Below, piece after piece: positions 16,245-24,409 of a DNA stretch of 64,000 bases (position 1 is the first letter of the stretch; every line of letters starts with the position of its first letter). The notes beneath the pieces were generated by a model. The model made no database searches. It saw only the letters and a program-made list of their open reading frames with translations, and had not been told where the DNA came from. Source of the DNA: a virus (taxonomy: Duplodnaviria; Caudoviricetes); IMG/VR virus record IMGVR_UViG_3300016657_000022, positions 9,512 to 73,511 of that record. One strand, written 5' to 3'. The position numbers and the translations under genes are program-made.

Positions 16245-17063
16245 CAATTCTTCAACTTGGTTCGTTAATCCAAGCCAGCAGCATTACCTGCATCTCCACA
16301 TTGCTGTGGAGTTGGGACTATATCATACCACACTGAGGTTTATCAGTGGGTCCGGGCGCTTCGATAGCACTTGCTACCTACTCTACTAGATTCAGCTTAT
16401 GCTGCCGTTCGATAGTCTCTGCACCTTCCGATATTCCAAGATAGCCTCACACATCTCATAAAGATGCTCAATGTGAAGCTCGCCTTTGGCACGGTTTACG
16501 CACCAAGCAAGCCATTGAACATTATCCGGTGTGTAGCCTTTTGACGGATCTTTTTGATCCAAGGACAGGCACAGCGGATGCTCCTTTTCGAGATTAAGGG
16601 GAGCACCTGTCAAAGCACATGAACGCTTTTGTTTGATGAACAACTCGTAGAGTTGATCGGCAGTCACCACAGGGGGTTCTTTGCCTAGCTTTTTGCATCT
16701 ACCACGGGCGTCAACCAGTCGTTGGCGTATTGCTGACATCAGCAAACGATCTTCTTCTGGAATTGCCTTGAGCTTGCCTGACCCTCGATAACCGGGACGG
16801 GCTTTACGCCATTCAGCCGCTCGCTGTGCATTGCACTGCTTGCAGTAAGAATGGTGTGTCCTATGGGCATTTTTGAAACTGCTTGAGGACTTAGCTCTGG
16901 TGAATTGGTCAATGTTTTTGACCTCACCACATTGGTTGCATTTCTTGGTTTGCATATACCACCTAACTGGAAGTGATATATGCATATCGGCTTGGCTCAT
17001 GATTGTCCACTAGGGATGTTCCATGAGTTCACCCGGTTTTAAGGCCACCATGCTTATTGGTTA
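16245..17063 (-). mobile_element. group I intron (IA2-like), 819 nt
   Basis: P1 GGCCAU/GUGGCC with U-G at the 5' splice site; P3 CCGGGU/GCCCGG; P4 CUCAUG/CAUGAG; P7 CAGAGACUA...AUAUAGUCC; P9 CUCCACA-GCAA-UGUGGAG; terminal G; exon join restores the frame. Confidence 0.92.
16392..16955 (-). CDS. intron-encoded HNH-like homing endonuclease with N-terminal Zn finger
   Basis: CNQCGE...YCKQC; CALTG...SLDQKDPSKGYTPDNVQWLAWCVNRAKG; 3' end overlaps the intron core. Confidence 0.85.
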   Translation of the reverse strand: MQTKKCNQCGEVKNIDQFTRAKSSSSFKNAHRTHHSYCKQCNAQRAAEWRKARPGYRGSGKLKAIPEEDRLLMSAIRQRLVDARGRCKKLGKEPPVVTADQLYELFIKQKRSCALTGAPLNLEKEHPLCLSLDQKDPSKGYTPDNVQWLAWCVNRAKGELHIEHLYEMCEAILEYRKVQRLSNGSIS

Positions 17064-17488
17064 ATGGCCTCTTTCACCTCGTCACGCTTGATCTTACTCT
17101 CCTCGTTGATGAGAGCCAGCATCATCTGATAGATGACGGTGTAGCCGTCCCGGCGCTGAGCCTCAGCTTCTTCGCCGAAGACATAGGGCACGACGTTGCA
17201 CAGCTCGGCACTCTTCCGGCAGCCGGTGAGAGCAGCCAAGAGCTGCAATCCAGAGCTGGTGGCATCCAGCGAGATCATGTAGCCGCTGGGCGTACCCGAC
17301 ATAGCGTCGATGTAAGCCTTGCAGCCAGCATAGAACATAGCCGGTTCCTTGGCTTTGGGCATCAGCTCGCCCATGCGATCCTCATTCTCGTCGAACCATG
17401 CGATACGCTGGTTCCACGTCAGCTTGTCGTGGCCATACGAGTTGGCGATGTCGATCTTGAGGTACTGAAGTGCGGTGAAGGTTTGCAT
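17064..17488 (-). CDS. RNA polymerase II subunit 2 (N4 gp16-like), exon 1
   Basis: YLKIDIAN..G.DKL, motif A LDATSSGLQLL, ends KRDEVKEAI. Confidence 0.9.
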
Positions 17489-17515
17489 ATCTCTGCTCCT
17501 AGCTTCTTGAGATGA

Positions 17516-17752
17516 TTAGAAATCTTGGTCTTGGTCTTCACACCGTTCATCAATGTGAAGGATCGTGCCTTCCAAGTGAGCACGGTGGTAGATCTTGAAC
17601 TCGTCCTCTCCGAAGAGCTGCTCGCAATCAGCGAACGTCTCGACGGAACGGTCTTCGTTGTAGATCAGGCAGGGATGCCGGAGGTTTCCGGCAATGGGCT
17701 TCTGGATCTTGACGATGAGAGTCTCATCGTCCGTGGTTTGGGTGGTAGCCAT
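17516..17752 (-). CDS. hypothetical protein (78 aa)
   Basis: MATTQTTDDETLIVKIQKP...LIYNEDRS; host-like codon usage. Confidence 0.6.
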   Translation of the reverse strand: MATTQTTDDETLIVKIQKPIAGNLRHPCLIYNEDRSVETFADCEQLFGEDEFKIYHRAHLEGTILHIDERCEDQDQDF

Positions 17753-18224
17753 ACAGCTTTTCCATTTCCTTGCGGGCTGTGCAGGCGAGGTCGAAAGCTC
17801 CTTGCTCGCCATACTTTTTGATGGAGAAAGTCTTGATGACCTGCTTGCCGTTGGTGTCGTGGCAGGTGGCCCGCCACATGGCGACTTTCTGATTGCCCCG
17901 GCGTGTGGTTTCCCAACGCGATACGCCTTGCACACCAGAGGTGTTAGTCGCTCTCTTTTTGCGATTACGTTTTTGGTGTGCTTGGGGAATACACCTCAAA
18001 TTATCGAGGCGATTGTCAGTGCGATTACCGTTGATGTGGTCAATTTCCCAGCCTGCTGGGATAGGTCCATAGATCTGTTCCCAGATCCAACGGTGTAGGT
18101 AATGGACCACATTATCACGGGAGATACGGATATAACCGTTCTCCCCATTGGCGTCTGACGCAGGATAGCACTGGGCAAGATCGTATGCTGATCCTGCCCA
18201 GTATTTTGGCGGTTTACGCGACAT
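17724..18224 (-). mobile_element. free-standing HNH homing endonuclease with AP2-like DNA-binding domain
   Basis: YLHRWIW...EIDHINGNRTDNRLDNLR; NTSGVQGV...W.A...KTFSIKKYGEQGAFDLAC.ARK; AT-rich. Confidence 0.88.
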
Positions 18225-18255
18225 CGTTTGATCTCCTTAGTGATACCCAAGGGAG

Positions 18256-19089
18256 TTATATGTCGATAATCTCCTTATCTGCAAGCTCTATAACTGCCTT
18301 ATTCCACGGTGCTCCCTGGTACGTCACGTGGTAGCCCTGACAGTAGATGCGGCCACGCTTGTCGTACTTGTGGGTCAGGTAGAACGAGTCTCCTGCCTCT
18401 TCCAACTTAGCGTGGACATCATGGCAGGTGCGGTCGTACTTCTCGAAGGCACGAACACGCTTCTCGAAGTCCTGACGGCTCTCCCCCTCCTTGGGCTTGT
18501 CAAGGTTACGCCACGAGTTGCGTACCATCGTAGCCGTGTCGGTGTTGATGGTGAGTCGGATGGCATTCTGCCTGTTGATGTGATCGAGACACACATCATC
18601 GCTGTGGTGGTTCTTCTTCAGGATGATCGAACCACGGTTGAGTACGTAGCCCGTGTCCCGGTTGGTCTTCACTTCCCTTGGTTCGATCACCATGGGCAGA
18701 GGGAACTGGAAGCGATCCAGCTCTTCCTGCACGTCGTCGCTGATCGTGATGGCCACGACCAGTCTCTCTTGCACCGGGTGCCAGTGGCAGAGGTCAAGCT
18801 CACACATCTTGATGATGAGTTCGACGACCTCCTGAGCCGTATCGCAGTGGCTCCTGAGCACGCCTACGATGGTCGGCAAGGGAGCACGCTTGTGGAGGGC
18901 CATCTGGACCAGCAGGGCATAGCCGAAGTCCAGCGGAATGCCGTTGCTCTGGAAGATGGCACTGAAGTCGATCTCCTTGCAGCCGGTGAACTCGGCCTTG
19001 ATACGAGGGATGAGCTGGTTCTTTGAGAATAATTGCTCAAGTTCAATTTGCTTTTTCATAAGATCTGCGTCTTGCATCTCGATCTCCAT
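18256..19089 (-). CDS. RNA polymerase II subunit 1 (N4 gp15-like)
   Basis: RFQFPLPMV.EP, NRDTGY, FYLTHKYDKRGRIYCQGYHV.YQG..WNKAVIEL. Confidence 0.9.
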   Translation of the reverse strand: MEIEMQDADLMKKQIELEQLFSKNQLIPRIKAEFTGCKEIDFSAIFQSNGIPLDFGYALLVQMALHKRAPLPTIVGVLRSHCDTAQEVVELIIKMCELDLCHWHPVQERLVVAITISDDVQEELDRFQFPLPMVIEPREVKTNRDTGYVLNRGSIILKKNHHSDDVCLDHINRQNAIRLTINTDTATMVRNSWRNLDKPKEGESRQDFEKRVRAFEKYDRTCHDVHAKLEEAGDSFYLTHKYDKRGRIYCQGYHVTYQGAPWNKAVIELADKEIIDI

Positions 19090-19358
19090 TACAAAAAAGG
19101 GTTAAACTCCATTAACATCTTGCTAATTGCCAAGGGCACTTCAGCATTGTTATTACAGACGGTAATGGCTGCATCATAGTCAAGAGAACTGTGATTGACG
19201 GTAGCCGAGATCTGTCCTGTAGACAGAATCTCAATCTCGAAGTTGTAGCCACGTTGTAGCAGTTTGTCTGCTTTGGCTTCTACTTCTGGAGCCAGAGAGA
19301 TGGTTATTTCGCGGGTGTGACCGTGCGGCAGAATAAACTGTGTGAACTTAATGCTCAT
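19089..19358 (-). CDS. hypothetical protein
   Basis: MSIKFTQFILPHG...; relatively AT-rich, coupled to neighbours. Confidence 0.55.
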   Translation of the reverse strand: MSIKFTQFILPHGHTREITISLAPEVEAKADKLLQRGYNFEIEILSTGQISATVNHSSLDYDAAITVCNNNAEVPLAISKMLMEFNPFL

Positions 19359-19606
19359 CAGAGTTGCTCCGTAATAGTCGTGACCTTGAAGGCGTGAACC
19401 CTCGCGGCATTGTGCTTGTGGGTCTTGAACTGGGCAGCCGACCACTTTTCCAACAGCTCCAAGCTGCTGAAGCTCATGACCACACGGCCCGAGCTTGCAC
19501 GGATCTGATATTCCGTCTTGGTTTGAACCGAGGTCTCTGCCTCATTGGTTCCCGGCAGCGGGAGATCTGCTGCCTGAGCAGCAATGGTTGATTTACAGGG
19601 CTTCAT
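19358..19606 (-). CDS. hypothetical protein
   Basis: Short ORF with RBS AAGGAAG. Confidence 0.5.
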   Translation of the reverse strand: MKPCKSTIAAQAADLPLPGTNEAETSVQTKTEYQIRASSGRVVMSFSSLELLEKWSAAQFKTHKHNAARVHAFKVTTITEQL

Positions 19607-19617
19607 GCGTCTTCCTT

Positions 19618-19965
19618 TCAATCAGGTAGGGTGATAGTAATTGCGACGACTTCCATGTCCTCGCGACGACGATGCGGTGTGGGTGTGACGCTGATGTCCT
19701 CGTAGTAGCCGTCCCATTGGTCGCCACCACGATGAGCCGTGAACTTGCCTTGCAGCCACGAGGAGAGCAGATTGTTGGCTGCTTTCTTGGTGGTGTAGCT
19801 GCGGATCTGCATGTCCTTCTCATAGCGAGGAGGCCAGCTTGAGCGATCTGCGAAGTCCACTGGTTCAAGGTGTGAGCCACCTCGGCCATCACGACGCTGA
19901 GGTCGTGGGAGGTACATGTGCGTGCCTTTCACCCGAACCGCATATTCGGTCAGGTGGACAGGCAT
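19618..19965 (-). CDS. hypothetical protein
   Basis: Start moved to MPVHL (TAATG overlap with the upstream stop). Confidence 0.55.
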   Translation of the reverse strand: MPVHLTEYAVRVKGTHMYLPRPQRRDGRGGSHLEPVDFADRSSWPPRYEKDMQIRSYTTKKAANNLLSSWLQGKFTAHRGGDQWDGYYEDISVTPTPHRRREDMEVVAITITLPD

Positions 19966-20439
19966 TAGAACGTGCCCCAGATGTTGTAGCCAGCCTGCCT
20001 CATCTCGCCGGTGGCTGCGAAGTAGTGCATCCACACGTTGTCGAAATAGAGGTTGGGATAGCTGGCCTTGTCGCAGTGGACGAACATCGGTGCGATGTCC
20101 TCGTGCCTGAGACCGGCAAGGCCACAGCCAATGCAGGTCATCTGGAACGTCAGCTCAGGGTGGCCACGAACATATGCGAGGAAGCCCTGCACATAGTCCT
20201 TGATGGTGCTGAGGCTCAGCGTGTCACCGACCACCATGCTCTCGCTGTTGCGACCCTCATGGTTGCGGATCATCTTGAAGCCCTTGGTGGGGATGGCGAA
20301 GCTCTGACCGAAATGGCCATAGCTCAGTCCCCAACGGGCACCACGTTCCTTGTATGCGAAACGGGCGGCACCGCCTCCGTGGATACCAGCTTCATTACTG
20401 CCGAAACACGAAGACCATTTTGTTCGTCTGAACAGTCAT
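19965..20439 (-). CDS. macrodomain-like protein (FVFGSN/GxHGGGAA/AIPTK/TCIGCGLAG family), +1 frameshift after codon 12
   Basis: ATG 20439 (RBS GGAGG) reads MTVQTNKMVFVF then CGG CAG TAA; the +1 frame continues FGSNEAGIHGGGAARFA...FAIPTKG into ORF 19965..20273. Confidence 0.75.
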
Positions 20440-20442
20440 GAT

Positions 20443-21084
20443 CTACCTCCTTTGTTTTGATGTGTTGATTGGGGTTGTCAGAGCAGTAATAATATCCATG
20501 CTCTGACGCGATTGTCGTTGTTTTACTCTGGCATAACTGATGCCAAAATGTTTGCACCATCCTGAGATGGTGTTCTGAACTCCATTGATAGTAATCATTT
20601 TGGAGTTGGTGCTGTTGGTTGCTTGAGTTTGTCTGGTTGCCCAGACGCAATTGGTGGGTTCGTAGTCCTTGGTTCCATCCAACCTTTCAATTGTATGGTC
20701 CTTGGGTCTCGGCCCCATGTCTGCGAAGAAATTCTCAAACCCATTTGGTCCAGACCACCGGGCACAGACAGAGATGTGCTGGTAAATTCCGGGCTGCCCG
20801 CACCTCTGGTGCATGGCAACCCAAGATCTGTAAGCGCCTGTGTGATTTCCACGTTCAGCTTGACCGTGTTTTATATTGGTGTTTGTAACCGACTCTGATC
20901 GGAAGCATCCGCAAGATGTAGTGTTGAGATGCCTTACCCATGCGATAGGCCTTTCAATGATATTGCCACAATCGCACTCAAAGAATGCTGCTCTGGCTTT
21001 GCCCTGCTTGGGTGCCTCGCCTTGATATGTCAGGCGTGTATTGGGAAACCTCTGGCCGACTTGATATTGGATAGCTGCTGGCAT
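20443..21084 (-). mobile_element. free-standing HNH-type homing endonuclease
   Basis: CDCG...SCGC...HG...YRSW.AM.QRC...VCARW...FENFFADMGPRP..HTIERLD...YEPTNCVWAT; AT-rich. Confidence 0.88.
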
Positions 21085-21131
21085 TTTTGTCTCCTTGTAT
21101 CCCTAAGGATAACAACCAAAGACAAACATGT

Positions 21132-21170
21132 CTAGCTACCGAACACGAAGATCATCTTGTTCAATTCCAT
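21132..21170 (-). pseudogene. displaced original 5' end of the macrodomain gene (MELNKMIFVFGS*)
   Basis: Matches NKMVFVF-GS of the downstream copy; start overlaps the end of the SLOG gene. Confidence 0.75.
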
Positions 21171-21709
21171 GGCACGCTGTCCTTTTCGTTGACGAAGGCG
21201 ACGAGAGCTTCCAGCTCATCGTCCAGTCTGATGTTGAAGGTAGGAATGGCGAAGGTCTTGGCGATCCTGAGCGAGTGATTGGTGCCACCGAAATAGTCGG
21301 CTGCACCCTCTTCGCTCTGCCAGTAGATCACCATGTCCACGGGCAGATCTGCATCCTGTCCCAGAATGATGTTCACATTCCGGTTCATGAGCTGCTGATA
21401 AGCGGGACGCATGGTGTCGTACTTGGTGTGGTGCATGGCAGCGATGTGCCTCACTTTGTCGCTGTCATTGCCGACCATGTAGCAGTCGTAATGAGGTGCG
21501 TCGTTGAAGCCCGGCTTGGGAATGAAGATCTCCTTCATGTCCACAGGAGCACCAGCACCAAAGGCTTGGTCAGCTCCCTTACCGTGGCCACTTCTCAGCA
21601 ACCACTGACTGCCAGCAAGCTGTGATGCAATCTCGCTCATGATGGGTAACACCGTTAAAGGTGTCACGCGTGGACCAATTCCACCATAAAGTTTCTGGGT
21701 CATATTCAT
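21161..21709 (-). CDS. SLOG-superfamily (cpYpsA/DprA-like) nucleotide-binding protein
   Basis: YGGIGPRVTP, LRSGHGKGADQAF, RN..IILG.D...PVDMVIYW, GGTNHSLRIA....IPTFNI. Confidence 0.75.
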   Translation of the reverse strand: MNMTQKLYGGIGPRVTPLTVLPIMSEIASQLAGSQWLLRSGHGKGADQAFGAGAPVDMKEIFIPKPGFNDAPHYDCYMVGNDSDKVRHIAAMHHTKYDTMRPAYQQLMNRNVNIILGQDADLPVDMVIYWQSEEGAADYFGGTNHSLRIAKTFAIPTFNIRLDDELEALVAFVNEKDSVPWN

Positions 21710-22010
21710 TACGCAATGCTCCTCCGCGTCTTTTGTCGTGTTGAATGTTGTATCGAACGTACTGAAGCAGTCCGTCGATGACGAATGAGTCGTGAGTTTG
21801 TAGGATCTGACCATCAAACCTATGACCATGAATGTCACGTTCATTGGTGATGATCTTGATCTTATCTAACCGTCCAGACCATTTGGTTCTCACCCAGACC
21901 CACGATGCCGTGCTTAACACGTCACTCACTGTCTCTAGGAAGAAGCCATTCATCTCCTTGAGATGCTGGACAGCAAACTGTCTACGCTCGCTGACCAGAG
22001 CGTGTATCAC
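21579..22010 (-). CDS. hypothetical protein (overlaps SLOG gene)
   Basis: GTG start coupled to the upstream stop; the 130-nt 3' overlap lowers confidence. Confidence 0.4.
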   Translation of the reverse strand: MIHALVSERRQFAVQHLKEMNGFFLETVSDVLSTASWVWVRTKWSGRLDKIKIITNERDIHGHRFDGQILQTHDSFVIDGLLQYVRYNIQHDKRRGGALRNEYDPETLWWNWSTRDTFNGVTHHERDCITACWQSVVAEKWPR

Positions 22011-22378
22011 CCTTTGGCCAGCTTTTCGATGAGCCTCTTCACCACATGAGCATGGGTGATATAAGGCTGCGGTACGCATCGAGTCTGAAGAATGATGCCA
22101 CCGTTGACAGCTTTGTTGAAGATGTCATCGAGTGCAGTCATCACTTCTTGGTTCCCCAGCTTGAGCTGAGTCTCCAGCCAGATGTCATACTCATCCACCT
22201 GATCGCTATATGAGCGAATGGTGTAGTCGTGACCGCCTCCACAATCAGTGCCTTGAGCACCGATCCTGATGTGTGACGGCAAAGCCAAAGGACCACTATC
22301 GACAGAGTAAGTCGAAGCAATGGCCTGTGCCCCATTCCGATTGTCGGAGTGGTCCACTTCGATGAAAGGCTTGCTCAT
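22007..22378 (-). CDS. DUF4326-like protein (divergent)
   Basis: VDEYDIWLETQLKLGNQEVMTALDDI...GIILQTRCVPQP..HAHVVKRLIE pattern. Confidence 0.5.
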   Translation of the reverse strand: MSKPFIEVDHSDNRNGAQAIASTYSVDSGPLALPSHIRIGAQGTDCGGGHDYTIRSYSDQVDEYDIWLETQLKLGNQEVMTALDDIFNKAVNGGIILQTRCVPQPYITHAHVVKRLIEKLAKG

Positions 22379-22481
22379 GGGCTTTAGGTATCCTTCGCCG
22401 AAAGTTGAAAAAATCCAACTTATCCTTTTTAGGAAAGTTGGAATGTGAGTAGCGGTATGTTGGTGGTCCATCATACTGCAA

Positions 22482-22511
22482 AGAAAAGGGAGGAGCCGAA
22501 GCTCCTCCCTC
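22482..22511 (-). terminator. intrinsic terminator after gp2
   Basis: GGGGAGGAGC-UUCG-GCUCCUCCC plus UUUUCUUU. Confidence 0.8.
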
Positions 22512-22515
22512 ATAT

Positions 22516-22962
22516 TCAGAACGTGAAATCGTTCTCGTCTTCGATGTTGACGGACGGTGCCGATGCACCTGCACGACGACGCAGTTCGATGCCGGTGTTG
22601 CGTTCCTTGTCGAACGACACGATCACGGCTTCGCCCGGTGCCAGCGTCTTCGCCTTGGCGAGCAGGCCGTCACGGAACTTGTTCTGACGCTGACGCAGCG
22701 TGGCCATGTCAGGCGTCGGAGCGACCTTGCGGTCGGTGATGTCGAACTCGTTCACCTGATCGAGCGGAATGCCGAGACCGAGGCTCACCCACGAGACCTG
22801 CTCGTTGCCATCGGCGTCGGTGTATGCCTTCGGATAGCCGAAGTTCAGCCAATATTCGGCCTGCGGACGGTCAGCACGCTGACCATTGCCCGATGCCTGA
22901 GCACCCGAGACGGGAGCTGCTTCACGGTTGACACCGGCGAACTGTGCGAGATTGAGGGTCAT
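22516..22962 (-). CDS. N4 gp2-like ssDNA-binding RNAP II activator
   Basis: DRPQAEYWLNFGY...VSLGLGIPLD...QN...L.AKAKTLAPGE...ELRR. Confidence 0.8.
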   Translation of the reverse strand: MTLNLAQFAGVNREAAPVSGAQASGNGQRADRPQAEYWLNFGYPKAYTDADGNEQVSWVSLGLGIPLDQVNEFDITDRKVAPTPDMATLRQRQNKFRDGLLAKAKTLAPGEAVIVSFDKERNTGIELRRRAGASAPSVNIEDENDFTF

Positions 22963-23027
22963 GATATGTACTCCAAGTTGATTGACGGGTTCAGGAACAA
23001 ACCCAAGAAAATGAATGAATTAACGGA

Positions 23028-23291
23028 TTACTTGATGACGACAGGCTGAATGTTTAGCGAGATCTGGTTCGCACGACGGTAGATATTGTCGATGCGGAGC
23101 TGGAGAAACACCACCATGGACTGGCGGATATTCTCGAACTTGGGATCGCTCTTGTCCAAGGACACCGAGCGGTTGAAGAACTCGACCTTCAGCTTTTCCA
23201 GCTTCGGATCGTTGAGTTCATTGAGCTGATCCTGAGCAACCTTGAGGCTCTCGACGAGCTTGGTTGCTTCCTTGAGATGTTCAGGCTTCAT
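23028..23291 (-). CDS. early hypothetical protein
   Basis: 87-aa ORF, coupled start. Confidence 0.65.
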   Translation of the reverse strand: MKPEHLKEATKLVESLKVAQDQLNELNDPKLEKLKVEFFNRSVSLDKSDPKFENIRQSMVVFLQLRIDNIYRRANQISLNIQPVVIK

Positions 23292-23476
23292 CAGAGAATG
23301 ATCCTTTGCTTGTTGTAGTGCTCACGCACCAGCTTGACATTGCGGATGTGGATGATGGTGCCGTACCCGAGGTACAGAGCACCGATGACACCGAGAGGGT
23401 CGATGTCGAAATGGTAGCTCATGAGAATGAGCACCAAGCCCACGAGCGTGGGCAAGATCGGAAGGGTCTTAGTCAA
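23291..23476 (-). CDS. small membrane protein (2 TM)
   Basis: TTG start after AGGAG; LPILPTLVGLVLILMSY and LGVIGALYLGYGTII. Confidence 0.6.
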   Translation of the reverse strand: MTKTLPILPTLVGLVLILMSYHFDIDPLGVIGALYLGYGTIIHIRNVKLVREHYNKQRIIL

Positions 23477-23627
23477 CCTTGTTCTCCTGTTTGATTTTGC
23501 TGGTGGCCCAGCAATAGATGAGAGCACCGACGACGATGAACAGGCCATATTTGCTGGCCTTCTCGTGGCTGAGCACGATCATCATGCTGCCCATTATGAG
23601 GAAGGGCAAAGCCTTGACGTAAGCCAT
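23469..23627 (-). CDS. small membrane protein (52 aa, 2 TM)
   Basis: Manual: MAYVKALPFLIMGSMMIVLSHEKASKYGLFIVVGALIYCWATSKIKQENKVD. Confidence 0.55.
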   Translation of the reverse strand: MAYVKALPFLIMGSMMIVLSHEKASKYGLFIVVGALIYCWATSKIKQENKVD

Positions 23628-23758
23628 TAGTAGTGATCCCAGTCAGAACTGGAGATCGCCTTGAAGCTGGCCTTGATCGAACGCCATACCTTCCTGATGG
23701 TCAGGAAGATGACGTAGAGAACGATCACGACGATGAGGTGTGCAAGTCCGTTTTCCAT
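23627..23758 (-). CDS. small membrane protein (43 aa, 1 TM)
   Basis: Manual: MENGLAHLIVVIVLYVIFLTIRKVWRSIKASFKAISSSDWDHY. Confidence 0.55.
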   Translation of the reverse strand: MENGLAHLIVVIVLYVIFLTIRKVWRSIKASFKAISSSDWDHY

Positions 23759-23760
23759 TG

Positions 23761-23937
23761 TCAAACAGTCCTTTCAAAGTTGGACTCGACTCGGACCATG
23801 AAGGCACCGAGGAGTGAGATGAACAGGAACAAGACCGCGAGAAACTCTCGGCCATTGTCCTTCAGAGGGATGATGTAGCAACAGATCATGAGGCCCATGG
23901 CCAGCATGAGCGGCATGAGCCACAAGAGATGTCGCAT
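23761..23937 (-). CDS. small membrane protein (58 aa, 2 TM)
   Basis: Manual: MRHLLWLMPLMLAMGLMICCYIIPLKDNGREFLAVLFLFISLLGAFMVRVESNFERTV. Confidence 0.55.
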   Translation of the reverse strand: MRHLLWLMPLMLAMGLMICCYIIPLKDNGREFLAVLFLFISLLGAFMVRVESNFERTV

Positions 23938-24028
23938 CTAGTAATCCTAGCTATAAGTTGGTGGTAGGTATATCTATCGGATGTTTAGGGTGGGACCAGC
24001 CACGAATGACTGGTCCCTGACATTTCGG

Positions 24029-24343
24029 TTAGCCGAAGATGTCGTCAGGCAGATACTCAGTAGCCTGAGTGTACAGCTCTTTGTTCTGTGCGGACTCGTT
24101 AACGAAGTCCAATACCTCAGCATTGCTGCGAGCTACTTCCATACGGCTATCCCGCAGGAGCTGATCGCGGAAGGTCTTCCGATGAATGATCTGACGATCC
24201 TTCTGGTCGATCATTGCGCTTTCAACGAAGCGGTTGCCGATGGTAACAGCGTCACTCACCGTCTTGACGACGTTGGTAACAGTGGATGCAGTCTCGGTAA
24301 CAGTGCCAAGAACAGCAGAGAGAGTCATACGAGCAGAGGTCAT
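24029..24343 (-). CDS. N4 gp1-like early protein
   Basis: MTSARMTLSAVLGTVTETASTVT..V.T resembles N4-like gp1; first gene after the hairpin promoter. Confidence 0.7.
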   Translation of the reverse strand: MTSARMTLSAVLGTVTETASTVTNVVKTVSDAVTIGNRFVESAMIDQKDRQIIHRKTFRDQLLRDSRMEVARSNAEVLDFVNESAQNKELYTQATEYLPDDIFG

Positions 24344-24386
24344 GAGTATGTGTCCTATGATGGATGTGGTGCATGATTGCACACGA

Positions 24387-24407
24387 TCCAAACCACGCGG
24401 AGCGTGG
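24387..24407 (-). promoter_or_regulatory. N4-type virion-RNAP early hairpin promoter
   Basis: Template (plus) strand TCC-AAA-CCACGC-GGA-GCGTGG; loop centre 11 nt from a C at 24389, the architecture of N4 P2 (TCCAAAAGAAGC-GGA-GCTTC). Confidence 0.85.
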
Positions 24408-24409
24408 TA

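Noticed and set aside
20440-21131. Group I intron interpretation for the HNH in the macrodomain gene
   Set aside because: No P7 (GACUA/UAGUC) core or U-G/terminal-G junction restoring the frame; the duplicated 5' end explains it better. A 700-nt ribosomal bypass is also implausible.
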